In this document: positions 13,536 to 25,784 of the stretch, piece after piece | Position numbering within the stretch: the first letter of the stretch is position 1 | Layout: each line of letters opens with the position of its first letter | Origin: Octopus vulgaris | Taxonomy: Eukaryota | NCBI GenBank assembly: GCA_951406725.2 | Contig: OX597842.1 | Location: forward strand, 8,060,001-8,124,000 | Length of the DNA stretch: 64,000 nt | Reading direction: 5' to 3' | Notes under the pieces: model-generated | Seen by the model: only the letters and a program-made list of their open reading frames with translations | Told to the model about the DNA's origin: nothing | The model's database searches: none | Translations under genes and position numbers: made by a program

Positions 13536-13950
13536 CTTATTTCTTTATTGCCCACAAGGGACTAAATACAGAGGGGTCAAACAAGGACAGACAAAGGGAT
13601 TAAGTTGATTACATCGACCCCAGTGTGCAACTGGTACTTGATTTATCAACCCCAAAAGGATGAAAGGCGAAGTCGACCTCGGCGGAATTTGAACTCAGAA
13701 CATAATGGCAGACGAAATACCTATTTCTTTACTACCCACAAGGGGCTAAACACAGAGGGGACAAATAAGGACAGACATAGGTATTAAGTCGATTATATCA
13801 ACTCCAGTGCGTAACTTACTTATTTAATCGACGTTGAAAGGATGAAAGGCAAAGTCGACCTCGGCGGAATTTGAACTCAGAACATAATGGCAGACAGAGT
13901 ACCACTAAACATTTCGCTCTGCGAGCTAACGTTTCTGCCAGCTCACTGCT
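13536..13950 (-). mobile_element. SINE family B dimer nested in a family A SINE
   Basis: Same dimer junction cagacgaaatacctatttcttt; host cttctttcagtttct repeated on both sides. Confidence 0.85.
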
Positions 13951-14765
13951 TCTTTCAGTTTCTGCCTACCAAATCCACTCACAAGGCTTTGGTCAGCCCA
14001 AGGATAAAGTAGAAGGCATTTGCCCAGGGTGACACGCAGTGGGACTGAACCTGGAACCATGTGGTTGGGAAGCAAGCTTCTTACCACACACTTGTGCTTG
14101 TGTAAAAAAAAATTTTCATATTTTGTGCATTGTAGAAGTATAGCTAATTAATAAATTGGTTATGCTTCTACAATAAATTTCATCAAAATCTTGTGGACCC
14201 TCAAGGACTAATATGAACCCCAACTGAGAACCACTTGTCTAGGATATATCTGTTTGTAACAGCAGCATTGTTCAAGAAATGTAGAACTGTGATCTGGACT
14301 AAGATGTCACTGAGAATCTCTGACAGTAGCACTGTCCCAGATATGTAAACAGTATTGTAATGTGATCATGAAAGGCATAAAGGTCTGTGTTTAAAAGCCA
14401 CACTATCCCAGCTAAGAGAGCAGTACTATCATGTGGTTTGGGATGTCTATGTGCGTTTATAACAGGAGGACTGTCCCAGATATATGAGCAATATTGTGAT
14501 ACAGTCCAAGAAATCTGTGTGTTTATAACAGAAATATGTGAGTAGTGTCCCAAATATGTGAGTAGTGCTGTCAGATATGAAAGCAGTATCATAATGTCAG
14601 TCTAGGATATGAGAGAAAGAGAGGAAGTGTGAGTGTAACAGCAGCACTGTCTCAGATATATGAACATCATTGTAATGAGGTTTAAGATGTCGAGTGTTCC
14701 TAACAATAGGGGTCCCAGATATGTAAACAATATTGTAATGTAATTATGAAAGTTTGTGTGTTTAA

Positions 14766-15476
14766 CCCTTTCATTACTGTATTTTTTGAGATGCTGTGTT
14801 TCTTTCAATTACTTTAAATATAACAAAGAATTTAGTAAAATAACTTAGTTATCATTCAGCTAGTGTTAGGAACATAAATTGTGACTAAGGTTTGGTGGAA
14901 GATTTTAATTCAATACTTATGAAATCAAGACTAAGATCTGGACTAAAAACTGGTTTCAGCCGGGTTGGTAACAAAAGGGTTAAGAATTGTTTCTCTATTA
15001 TATATCTTAACCCTTTTGTTACTGTATTTATTTTGATGGTTCTGTGTTTCTTTCAATTAATTTTATATATAACAAAGAATTTAGTAAAATAACTTAGTTA
15101 TCATTCAGCTGGTGTTAGGAACATAAGTTGTGACTAAGATTTAGTGGAAGACTTTAATTCAGAAATTATGAAATCAAGACATTTGTACTCAGAGCCAAAG
15201 GCAGTTTCAGCCGGGTTGGTAACAAAAGGGTTAAGAATTGTTTCTCTATTATATATCTTAAGCCTTTTGTTACTGTATTTTTTTGAGATGCTCTGTGTTT
15301 CTTTCAATTAATTTTAAATATAACAAAGAATTTATTAAAATAACTTAGTTATCATTAAGCTAGTGTTAAGAACATAAGTTGTGACTAAGGTTTGGTGGAA
15401 GATTTTAACTCAAAACTTATGAAAACAAGGCATTTGTACTACAGAGCTGGTTTCAGCCGGGTTGGTAATGAAAGGG
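14766..15476. mobile_element. Trimer of a ~215-bp piggyBac-like MITE with 23-bp spacers
   Basis: Units 14766-14979, 15011-15230, 15262-15476, each flanked by TTAA with ccc.../...ggg TIRs. Confidence 0.85.
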
Positions 15477-15603
15477 TTAAGAGAAACACTATCCCAGATA
15501 TGTGAGCAGTATTGTGGCACGGTCCAGGATATGTCTGCGTATTTGTATCAGAAGGGCTGTCCCAAATATGAAAGCAGTATCGTAACATTGGTCTAGGATA
15601 CGA

Positions 15604-15641
<38 letters not shown>

Positions 15642-16088
15642 GTGTGTTTGTAACAACAGCTCTGTCCCAGATATATGAACAGCATTGTGATGTGTTTAGG
15701 ATGTCTTCCCGTTCCTGACTGCAGGAATGTTCCAGATACGTAAGCAGAACTGTAATATGATCTTGAAAGCCTGCGTGTTTAACAGCAACACTATCCCAGC
15801 TAAGCCAGCAGTACTGCAATGCAGTTTAGGAGGTTTGTGTGTATTTGTAACAGCAAGACTTCCCAGATGTGACAGCAGTGTCGTACTGAGGTCAACAACG
15901 TCTATGTTTAACAATAATATTGTTCCAGATATATGAGCAGCATTGTGGTATGGTCTACTGGGATATATCTGAGCATTTGTAACAGGGCTGTCCCAGAAAT
16001 GTGAGCAGCACTTTAATGAAAGCTGTACCATAATGTAAATCTAGGATATGGAGTGGGGGTGAATGTAACAACAGTACTGTCCCAAAAA

Positions 16089-17980
16089 TTGGGTCACCCC
16101 ATAAATAATACATTTTTTTATACTTCTTTTTATCTTTCAAAATTAAGATAAACAAAGTTCTTTTTTAATCTAAAATATACTCTTCTTCATTTTCTACAAT
16201 GCTCTTCCATCTATCTGGTAGACTTGCAAGGCTCCTCTTCCAAAATTCACTTGACTGTGACAAAAAATACTCCTCCAGTTCTGACCTCATTTACAGAATT
16301 CATATTTTTTCTGTCCAAATGATTTGGAAGACTGCAGAATAAATGAGAATACATCATCATCATTTAACGTCCGTTTTCCATGCTGGCATGGGTTGGACGG
16401 TTCAACTGGGGTCTGGGAAGCCAGGAGGCTGCGCCAGGCCCAGTCTGATCTGGCAGTGTTTCTACAGCTGGATGCCCTTCCTAACGCCAACCACTCCGTG
16501 AGTGTAGTGGGTGCTTTTTACGTGCCACCGGCACAGATGCCAGACGAGGCTGGCAAACGGCCACGATCGGATGCTGCTTTATACGTGCCACCGGCATGGA
16601 GGCCAGTCGGGGCAGCACTGGCAACGGCCACGTTCGGATGGTTCCCTTACATGCCATCGGCACTGGTATCACAGCTACAATTTCCATTGATGTTCATCGA
16701 TTTTCATTTTCATTTTCACTTGCCTCAACAGGTCTACACAAATAGGGTTTGTGTCACAAGAAGGAAAGGTATGCATAAGTGGGCTGGTTACATCCCAGGT
16801 AGAGGCCATGGGTTATGGTCTCACTTGTCCTGCCGGGTCTTCCCACGCACAGCATACTTCCAAAGGTCTCAGTCCAGTGAATATGGTGGGTGGGATATCA
16901 TTTCCCATTTAGACTGCTCCAGCCTTTGGAATGTCATCCTCGCTGTATGTGGCTGAGCATTATCCTGATAGAACACCTTTCACCTTCAAACCAAAGATGG
17001 TTGTTTCTCTGGTGATATGCAGGTGTCAATGAATGGTTGAATGACGAAATTCAAGTTTCTCTGCTAGTTCCTCAACAGTTACAATGGGATTTTGTTCCAC
17101 TTGGGTTTGCAGGACATTCTCATCAAGCTCTTAAGATACCAAATAGGCTCTTTTGTCACTTCCTTTATAGCTTTCAAAAAATAATTTAACATTGAACTGC
17201 ACTCTTCAAAACTTGAACTAAGAATAAGTACAACATAAAATTACTACCTGTTTTTATAGCAAGTTGATGCAGGTAGTTTATCCTGTCCCCCTCTGACTTT
17301 TAGCTCATGCAACTGAAAAATACACATTAGGCGTAGGAGTGGCTGTGTGGTAAGTAGCTTGCTTACGAACCATTTGGTTCGGGGTTCAGTCCCACCTCGT
17401 GGCACCTTGGGCAAGTGTCTTCTGCTATTGCCTTGGGCCAACCAAAGCCTTGTGAGTGGATTTGGTAGACGGAAACTGAAAGAAGCCCGTCGTATATATG
17501 TATGTATGTGTGTGTGTGTGTGTGTCTGTGTTTGTCCCTCCAACATCGCTTGACAACCGATGCTGAAGACTTGTATTTGGTAGACGGAAACTGAAAGAAG
17601 CCCGTCTTATATATGTACATATGTATGTATGTGTGAGTCTGTGTTTGTCTCCCCAACATCGCTTGACAACTGATGCTGAAGCCTTGTGAGTGGATTTGGT
17701 AGATGGAAACTGAAAGAAGCCCATCTTATATATGTATATATGTATGTATGTGTGTGTCTGTGTTTGCCCCCCCAACATCGCTTGACAACTGATGCTGGTG
17801 TGTTTATGTCCTCGTAACTTAGCGGTTCGGCAAAAGAGACTGATAGAATAAGTACTAGGCTTACAAAGAATAAGTCCTGGGGTCAATTTGCTTGACTAAA
17901 GGCGGTGCTCCAGCATGGCTACAGTCACATGACTGAAACAAGTAAAAGAGAGAAAAGAGAGTATCTATGGGATAACCCAG
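16089..17980 (-). mobile_element. Internally deleted mariner element with nested RTE tail and SINE
   Basis: Minus-strand remnants VEELAEKL (HTH), QDNAQPHTAR...HPPYSLD, HLFCSLPNHL, LPDRWKSIVENEEEYILD; termini ttgggtcaccccata / tatgggataacccag. Confidence 0.8.
16352..16872 (-). mobile_element. RTE LINE 3' UTR fragment
   Basis: Matches 35450-36166; (CAT)n tail. Other 3'-end fragments near 5700-5905, 18600-18875, 25150-25415, 33015-33490, 33600-34025, 40860-41070, 47610-47787, 49770-49960, 54070-54490, 55098-55620, 55800-55960. Confidence 0.85.
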
Positions 17981-19879
17981 TATAAGAACAACATTGTGAT
18001 GGGGTGTAGGCTGCGTTTGTTCTTGACAGCAGGACTGTCCCAAATATTTAAGCAATATTGTAATGCGGTCATGGATGTCTTTATGCTTAACAGCAACACC
18101 ATCCCCAGCTAAGAGCATTGTAATGTGACCTAGAATACCTGCGTTCTAACTGTAGCACTGTCCCAGATATATGAGCAACGTTGTGGTATGGTTGTGGATG
18201 TGTGTGTAACAGCCAAGAGAGCAATATTGTAATGTGGTGTAGGCTGTGTGTGTATTTGCAGCAACAGAACTGTCCCAGATATACGAGCAGCATTGTGGTA
18301 TGATCGAGGATGCCTGCATGTTTGTAATAGCAGCATTGTATAAGAAATGTGGGACAGTAATGTTGCCTATGATGTCTGTATGTGTAACAACAGCATTGTC
18401 CTAGATATATCAACAGCAGGAGTGGCTGTGTGATAAGTAACTTGCATCTAAACCACATGGTTCCTGGTTCAGTCCCACTGGGTGGCACCTTGGGCAAGTG
18501 TCTTCTACTACTGCCTCAGACCAACCAAAGCCTTGTGAGTGGATCTGGTAGATGGAAACTGAAAGAAGCCCATTATATATGTGTGTGTGTGTGTGTACAT
18601 GAAAAACATTCGAGCAAGGTCATTGCCAGTGCCGCTGGACTGGCTCCTGTGCAGGTGGCACAAAAAACACCATTTGAGCATAGCCGTTGTCACTAACACT
18701 TGACTAGCCCTCGTGCCGGTGGCACATAAAAGCATCCACTACACTCTCAGAGTGGTTGGCATTAGGAAGGGCAGATCAGATTGGAGCCTGGTGCAGCCAT
18801 CTGGTTTGCTAGTCCTCAGTCAAATCGTCCAACCTATGCCAACACGGAAAGTGGACATTAAACGATGATGATGATAATGTATATATTTGTGTGTGTGTGT
18901 GTGTGTGTTTGTCCCCTCGCCATCGCTTGACAACCAATGCTGGTGTGTTTATGTCTCCATATCTTAGCAGTTCAACAAAAGGGACTGAGAGAATAAGTAC
19001 TAAGCTTACAAAGAATAAGTCCTGGGGTCGAATTATTCAACTAAAGGTGGTGCTCCAGCATGGCCACAGTCAAATGACTGAAAAGTATTGTAACATAGTT
19101 TAGGATATTTGTGTGTGTATGCCACAGCAGGACTGTCCCATATATGAAGGCAATATTGTAGGGTGGCAAGCTGGCAGAGTCTTTAGCATGTTGGGCAAAA
19201 TGCCTAGTGACATTTATCTTTACACTCTGAGTTCAAATGCTGCAGGGGCCAACTTTGCCTTTCATTCTTTTGGGGTCAATAAAATAAGTACCAGTTGAGC
19301 ACCGGGGTCAATGTAGTCAACTTAACCCATTCAACAAAATTGCTGGACTTGTGCCAAGTTTTGAAACCAATATTGTAATAATAAAATAAATACGCCCTTT
19401 TAAAACATAGGCTCATGGGCCCGGTTTCCCGGTTTCTATGGCATATGTGTTCCCCAGCTGGACAGGACACCAGTCCATTGCAGCGTTACCCATTTTTGCC
19501 AGCTGAGTGGACTGGAGCAACATGAAATGAAGTGTTTTGCTAAAGAAGACAATGCGTCGCCCGGTCCAGGTATTGAAACCAGAATCTTACGATCATGATG
19601 CTGACACCCTAACCACTAAGCCACGTGCCTCCACAAATATTGTAATGTGAGGATGGAAATTTGTGTTTAACAGCAACAAAATCCAGCTAAGACAGCAGTT
19701 TAGGATGTTTATGTGTGTCTCTAAAAGCAGGACTGTCCCAGATGTGTGGACTGAGCAAGACACTTTATTTCACATTGCTCCAATTCATTCAGCTGTAGAA
19801 ATGAGTTGCGACATCACAGGTGCCAAGCTGTATCGGCCCCTTTGCCTTTCCCTTAGATAACACTGGTGGCATGGAGATA

Positions 19880-20567
19880 GGAGGTTGGTATGCATGGGTG
19901 ACTGCTGGCCTTCCATAAACAACATTGCCCAGAATTGTGCCTCGGAGGGTAATTTTCTAGGTGTAATCCCATGGTCACTGATGACTGAAAGGGGTCTCAC
20001 CCGTTACCCTATGTACATATAATGGCATGGAGGGGAACATTCTAGGTACAATCCCGTGGTCATTCATGACCGAAGAGGAATTAACCCCCTACCCTATGGA
20101 CATATTATGGCACAGAGAGGGGAGGCTTGGATGCATGGGCGACTGCTGGTCTTCCACAAACAACCTTGCCTAGACTTGTGCCTTGGAGGAGAACTTCCTA
20201 GGTGTAATCCCATGGTCACTGATGACTGAAAGGGGTCTCACCCTTTACCCTATGTACATATAATGGCATGGAGGGGAACATTCTAGGTACAATCCCGTGG
20301 TCATTCATGACCGAAGAGGGTCTTAACCCCCTACCCTATGGACATATTATGGCACAGAGAGGGGAGGCTTGGATGCATGGGCGACTGCTGGTCTTCCACA
20401 AACAACCTTGCCTAGACTTGTGCCTTGGAGGAGAACTTCCTAGGTGTAATCCCATGGTCACTGATGACTGAAAGGGGTCTCACCCGTTACCCTATGTACA
20501 TATAATGGCATGGAGGGGAACATTCTAGGTGCAATCCCATGGTCATTCATGACCGAAGAGGGTCTTC
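19880..20567 (+). repeat. ~242-bp tandem duplication built from a SINE tail
   Basis: atgactgaaaggggtctcac at 19981, 20222 and 20464 with near-identical intervening sequence. Confidence 0.85.
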
Positions 20568-20858
20568 ACTGTCCCTGATATGAAAGTAGTACCGTAATGT
20601 GGATCTACAAGACAGAGTGTGTGTGTAGCAACAGCACTGTACGAGATATATGAACAACATTAATATAAGCGTAGGAGTGGCTGTGTGGTAAGTAGCTTGC
20701 TTACCAACCACATGGTTCCGGGTTCAGTTCCACTGTGTGGCACCCTGGGCAAGTGTCCTCTACTATAGCCTTAGGCTGACCAAAGCCTTGTGAGTGGATT
20801 TGGTAGATGGAAACTGAAAGACGCCCACAGTATATATATCTGTGTGTGTGTATATATG

Positions 20859-20895
<37 letters not shown>

Positions 20896-20901
<6 letters not shown>

Positions 20902-21138
20902 GTAAATGTAATATGTGGAAATTATTCGGCAGCCATGATAAAACTCAGAATTTTGGATGCCGAGGTGGAAAACCACGCCGCCATCTCTTCAGGTATCCGG
21001 CCATCGGAAAAATGCTATCGGAGTTTTATCATGGCTACCGAATAATTGTCACATATTACATTTACAGATAAATTCCTCTATTTACATAATATTGAGGTCT
21101 CTTTCTTTCTTTTGTTGTATTGCCATTTTTATCAATAA
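20896..21138. mobile_element. Penelope-like pLTR remnant with inverted arms and degenerate hammerhead, in (TA)n
   Basis: 20896-20947 is inverted at 21021-21070; CTGAAGA-stem-(G>A)AAA on the minus strand; homologous to 40012-40200. Confidence 0.65.
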
Positions 21139-21318
21139 TTTATATATATATATATATATAATGTAAATGTATTTCTATTTCTATGTCTTGTTATATTTGT
21201 ACTATATTAATGTATAATATCATTGCTATTGTGTAATGGTTTAATAAAGTATTGATTGGGTATTATCTGATGGTTGATGATTGATTTAGATATATTTCTC
21301 CATTTTCTCATTTTGTAG

Positions 21319-21354
<36 letters not shown>

Positions 21355-21448
21355 GGAAAGTTTACGAAAATAAACAAAAGACGAAGGCAGGTGGAGTACA
21401 AATAAACAAATGTATTAGTATGGCGCTCAGGAATAGAAATAGAAAAAG

Positions 21449-21486
21449 TCTTTTACGTTTCGAGCCTATGCTCTTCGACAGAAAGA
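21449..21486 (-). ncRNA. Minimal type I hammerhead-like motif (core variant) in a TA-embedded repeat 21351-21520
   Basis: tcttt CTGTCGA a gagc-atag-gctc GAAA cg TA aaaga. Confidence 0.55.
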
Positions 21487-21769
21487 TACACAGAAAAAAA
21501 CAAGGAGAGAAGATAATGCGTACATATATATGTATATATATTTATATATATATATATAGGGTGTCCATAAATTAGACATCACTAAATATATCCCCAATGG
21601 TTGTTATACTTTTTTGATAACATAATAGGTTAGATAGGATGATGTCTATATTACAATGACCAATAATATGTCATGCATGTATAGTAATATTACGATCATG
21701 AAATTAGCATTAGCTTATCTTGCTCTTTCTCATGGAACCCCAGTTGTAAAATGCTGATTTGGAATGTGA

Positions 21770-22268
21770 GTGGCAGAGTGAGTGTGAGAGAATGAATGCG
21801 AGTGAGGGTGAGAGAGTGAGTGTGAAAGGGTGAATGCGAAGAGTGTGAAAGGGAGAATGTGAACGAGTGTGAAAGGGTGAATGCGAGAGAGGGTGAGAGA
21901 GTGAATGTGAGTGAGGGTGAGAGAGTGAATGCGAGTGAGGGTGAGAGTGAATGTGAGTGAGGGTGAGAGAGTGAATGTGAGTGAGGGTGAGAGAGTGAAT
22001 GTGAGTGAGGGTGAGAGAGTGAATGTGAGTGAGGGTGAGAGAGTGAATGTGAGTGAGGGTGAGAAACTGAATGTGAGTGAGGGTGAGAGACTGAATGTGA
22101 GTGAGGGTGAGAGACTGAATGTGAGTGAGGGTGAGAGACTGAATGTGAGTGAGGGTGAGAGACTGAATGTGAGTGAGGGTGAGAGACTGAATGTGAGTGA
22201 GGGTGAGAAACTGAATGCGAGTGAGGGTGAGAGAGTGAATGTATGCGAGTGTGAGAGAGTGAGTGCAT
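21770..22268. repeat. 24-bp minisatellite (gagtgaatgtgagtgagggtgaga)n
   Basis: Direct inspection; produces the 8-aa periodic ORFs. Confidence 0.95.
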
Positions 22269-22469
22269 TCTAGTAAGTGAAACAAGTAAATGATAAAAAT
22301 GTATTGTAATGCAAGTCACACATTATCTTTACAGGATGGTCAACAAGTACTTAAGAGGCCCCCAATTAAGAAAGCCTAATCTTTGTGATGTTGTCTTGCA
22401 TGTTTCTGTACATGTGGGTATTGAGAACATCAGATAAAGTACCGGACTACTTATCCTCAGGTCCAATCA

Positions 22470-23169
22470 GAGATCTCATCAGACTGGTGAGACCTGTTAC
22501 GGGTACCATGGAAACCAAAACTATCCGTTCCATGGCCAAGTGGTTGACAACTAAACTGGCTTCCTTGCTTGAATAGCTTGGAACGCTTGTGAAGAGGGTG
22601 CCTGGATACCCGGCAGGAGTAAAAACAAGATCTGTTGAAGGACAGATGAGCTCCCCATGAGCCAACAGCCATCCTGTTGGGGGAAAGCAATGGCAAGCCA
22701 CCCCAATATCTCTGTCAAGAAAGTCACAACAAAGCATCATTAAGGATCCATCCGATGGAAGAACTTGTGCTTAATTGGGAAGATTTTCAAGGCATACAAT
22801 ACGAGACAAGAATGATACATATATAATTTTTGACTTGTTTCAGTCATTTGTCTCTGACCATGCTGGGGCACTGCCTTTTAGTCAAATAAATCAACCCCGG
22901 GACTTATTCGTTATAGCTTAGTACTTATTCTATCAGTATCAGGAATGTAGACACACCAAATTCAGTTGTCAAGCAATGGTGGGGAGGAGACAAACACAGA
23001 GTCACAAATATATATATAATTTCAGTTTCCATCTCCCAAATCCACTCAAAAGGCTTTGGTCAACTCGAGGCTGTAGTAGAAGACACTTGCCCAAGGTGTC
23101 ACGCAGTGGGACTGAACCTGGAACCATGTGGCTGGTAACCAAGCTACTTACCACACAGCCACTCCTGTG

Positions 23170-23207
<38 letters not shown>

Positions 23208-24370
23208 AGAGGGGAGGGATCTCATCAAAGGCTGGTGAGACCTGCTACTGGTATCATGTAAACCAATGCTACTTGTTGCATGGTTGAGAGGTTGACAACT
23301 AAACTGGCTTCCCTGTTTGAGTAGATTGCTAGCTTTTGTGAAAAGGGTGTCTGGATATCCAGCAGAACTGAAAACAAGATCTGTTGAAGGATGGATCAGC
23401 TTCCTGTGGGCCAACAGTTAACTTGTTGGGGGAAGGCAATGACAACCCACCCCAATATCTCTGCAAGAAAACACTCAAGGCTGCGAGCTGGCAGAATCGT
23501 TAGCACACCGGGCGAAATGCTTAGCGGTATTTCGTATGCCGCTACATTCTGAGTTCAAATTCCGCCGAGGTCGACTTTACCTTTCATCCTTTCAGGGTCG
23601 ATTAAATAAGTACCAGTTACACACTGGGGTCAACATAATCGAATTAATCTGTTTGTCTGTCCTTGTTTGTCCCCTCTGTGTTTAGCCCCTTGTGGGTAGT
23701 AAAGAAATAGGTATTTTGTCTGCTGCTACATTCTGAGTTCAAATTCAGCCGAGGTTTACTTTGCCTTTCATCCTTTCGGGGTCGATTAAATAAGTACCAG
23801 TTACACACTGGGGTCGATATAATCGACTTAATCCGTTTGTCTGTCCTTGTTTGTCCCCTCTGTGTGTAGCCCCTTGTGGGCAGTAAAGAAATAAGAAAAC
23901 ACTACGAGGAAGTCAAAATGAAGTAATGGTATGGCTTCCTCTGACAGATAAACCCATGTGCATAACCGAGAAGACTTTCATTATAAGGTCAACAAGACAC
24001 TGTAAAAGCATAATATATGACAATTACTACTACTACTCCTCCTCAGGTGAGGTCAGCGATCACATCACAGGCTGATGAGACCTGCTACAGGTATCATGTA
24101 AACCAGTTCTACTTGTTTCATGGTGAAGTGGTCAGCAACCAAACCAGCTTCCCCACTTGAGTAGCCTACTACTCTTGTGAGGAGGGTGTCTGGACACAAA
24201 GTAGGATTAAAAACAGGACCTGTGAAAGGGCAGGTGAGCTCCTCATGGACTAATGGCCATCCAGTTGAGGAAGGCAATAGCAAACCATACCAATATCTCT
24301 GCCGAGATAATACTATGAGAAATTCAAAACAAAGCAACACTGTGGCTTCATCTAGTGGGAGAACTTGCAT
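22470..24370 (+). mobile_element. Three dispersed-tandem copies of an RTE-5'UTR-like ~310-bp unit (22470-22790, 23216-23475, 24056-24370)
   Basis: Mutual similarity; each carries a variant of ggaaggcaatggcaaaccacccc, resembling the RTE/BovB 5' motif. Confidence 0.6.
23478..23892 (+). mobile_element. SINE family B dimer with TSD
   Basis: TSD aagaaaacact at 23465-23475 and 23893-23903; junction aaagaaatag|gtatttt. Confidence 0.88.
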
Positions 24371-24374
24371 TTAA

Positions 24375-24814
24375 AACCCTTTCATTACCATATTTATTTT
24401 GAGATATTCTGTGTTTCTTTCAATTATTTAAATGTAACAAAGCATTTAATAAGATAACTTAGTTGTCATTAATCGAGTGCGAGGAACATAAATTGTGACT
24501 AAGGTTTGGTGGGAGATTTTAACAAGACATTTGTACTACAGAGTCAGAGGCAGTTTCAGCCAGATTTGTATCAAAAGGGTTAAAAATATCATGGTGACTT
24601 TAACCCTTTTGTTACTGTATTTATTTTGAGATGCTCTGTGTTTCTTTCAATCAATTTTAAATATAACAAAGAATTTATTAAAATAACTTAGATATCATTA
24701 GGAACATAAATTGTGATGAAAGTTTGGTGGAAAATTTAAATTCAAAACTTCTGAAGACAAGACATTTGTACTACAGAGCCAGAGCCGGTTTTAGCTGGGT
24801 TGGTAACGAAAGGA
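24375..24814. mobile_element. Dimer of the same piggyBac-like MITE, 16-bp spacer
   Basis: TTAA at 24371, 24580, 24600 and 24815; bodies match 14766-15476. Confidence 0.8.
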
Positions 24815-25784
24815 TTAATCAGGAAGACTTATGATGTATTAGTCCAAGCTTCTTGCATTTTGTGTTTAAATTCCACCAAGGTCAGATTTATAAAGAAGTT
24901 TAAATCCATGGTGCTGGATTGGTAGAACTCCATGTGGATCAGATGAGGTCCCCTATGGTATGCTTCATCTGATGAAAGAACTTGTGCTTAATTGGAAAGA
25001 TTTTTGTTGCAGTGTCATGAATGCACTGAAAACATATGATACATGACAAGTATTCATCCAAGCATTTTGAGTTCAAATTCCACTGAAGTCAACCTTTCAT
25101 CCTTTCAGGGTCAATAAAAAAAATAGTCTAAATCCATGATGCTATTTACAGATCACTGTCTACTCTAATCATCCATCATCATCTATCTCATGATCTCTTC
25201 CTCCAATGCTCCCTCCCCTCTCAAAATTCCTTGTCTTGGAAGTTACCTGGTGACCCTGCCAATGCAGGTGCCATGTAAAAAGCATTCAGCTATAAAAACC
25301 GTGCCAAAACAGACACAGAAGTCTGGTGCAGCCTTCTACCTGACCAGCTCCTGTCAAACTGTCCGACTATCGACAACAAGGAGGACAGACATTAAATGAT
25401 GATTATGATGGTGATGACTTAATCTTCTGATCTGGAGCTAAACTATAACAACAGCTATTGTCATTAGTATCAGCCGCTAATCATCATCCTTATCACTAAA
25501 CATCCACTCTTCATGCTAGCATGGGTTGGATGGTCTGACAGGATCCAACATGCTTCAGTGTCTGCTTTGTCAATTTCAATAGCAGGAAGCACTTCTCAAT
25601 GCCAACCCCTCTACAATGTGTACCAGGTGCAGTTTTCATTGTACCAACACTACTGAGGTTGTTATGTAACTCATAAGACCAAAGGGCCCACCTCAAGTAT
25701 GTAAGAGTATAATAAAGGAGCAGGTGGTTTATTACTAAGTATTAAGGGGTTGAAGTATAACAGAAGGGACAGGAATAACTGTCT

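Larger units (their letters stand above)
12396..20665 (+). repeat. Old, fragmented ~60-70-bp tandem repeat (aacagcagcactgtcccagatatatgagcagtattgtaatgtggtctaggatgt...)
   Basis: Units at 12396-12445, 14237-14761, 15481-16088, 17981-18415, 19085-19160, 19636-19745, 20568-20665, separated by younger insertions. Confidence 0.8.

Noticed and set aside
21696-22319. His/Ser-repeat ORFs
   Set aside because: Translation of a 24-bp minisatellite, open in several frames on both strands
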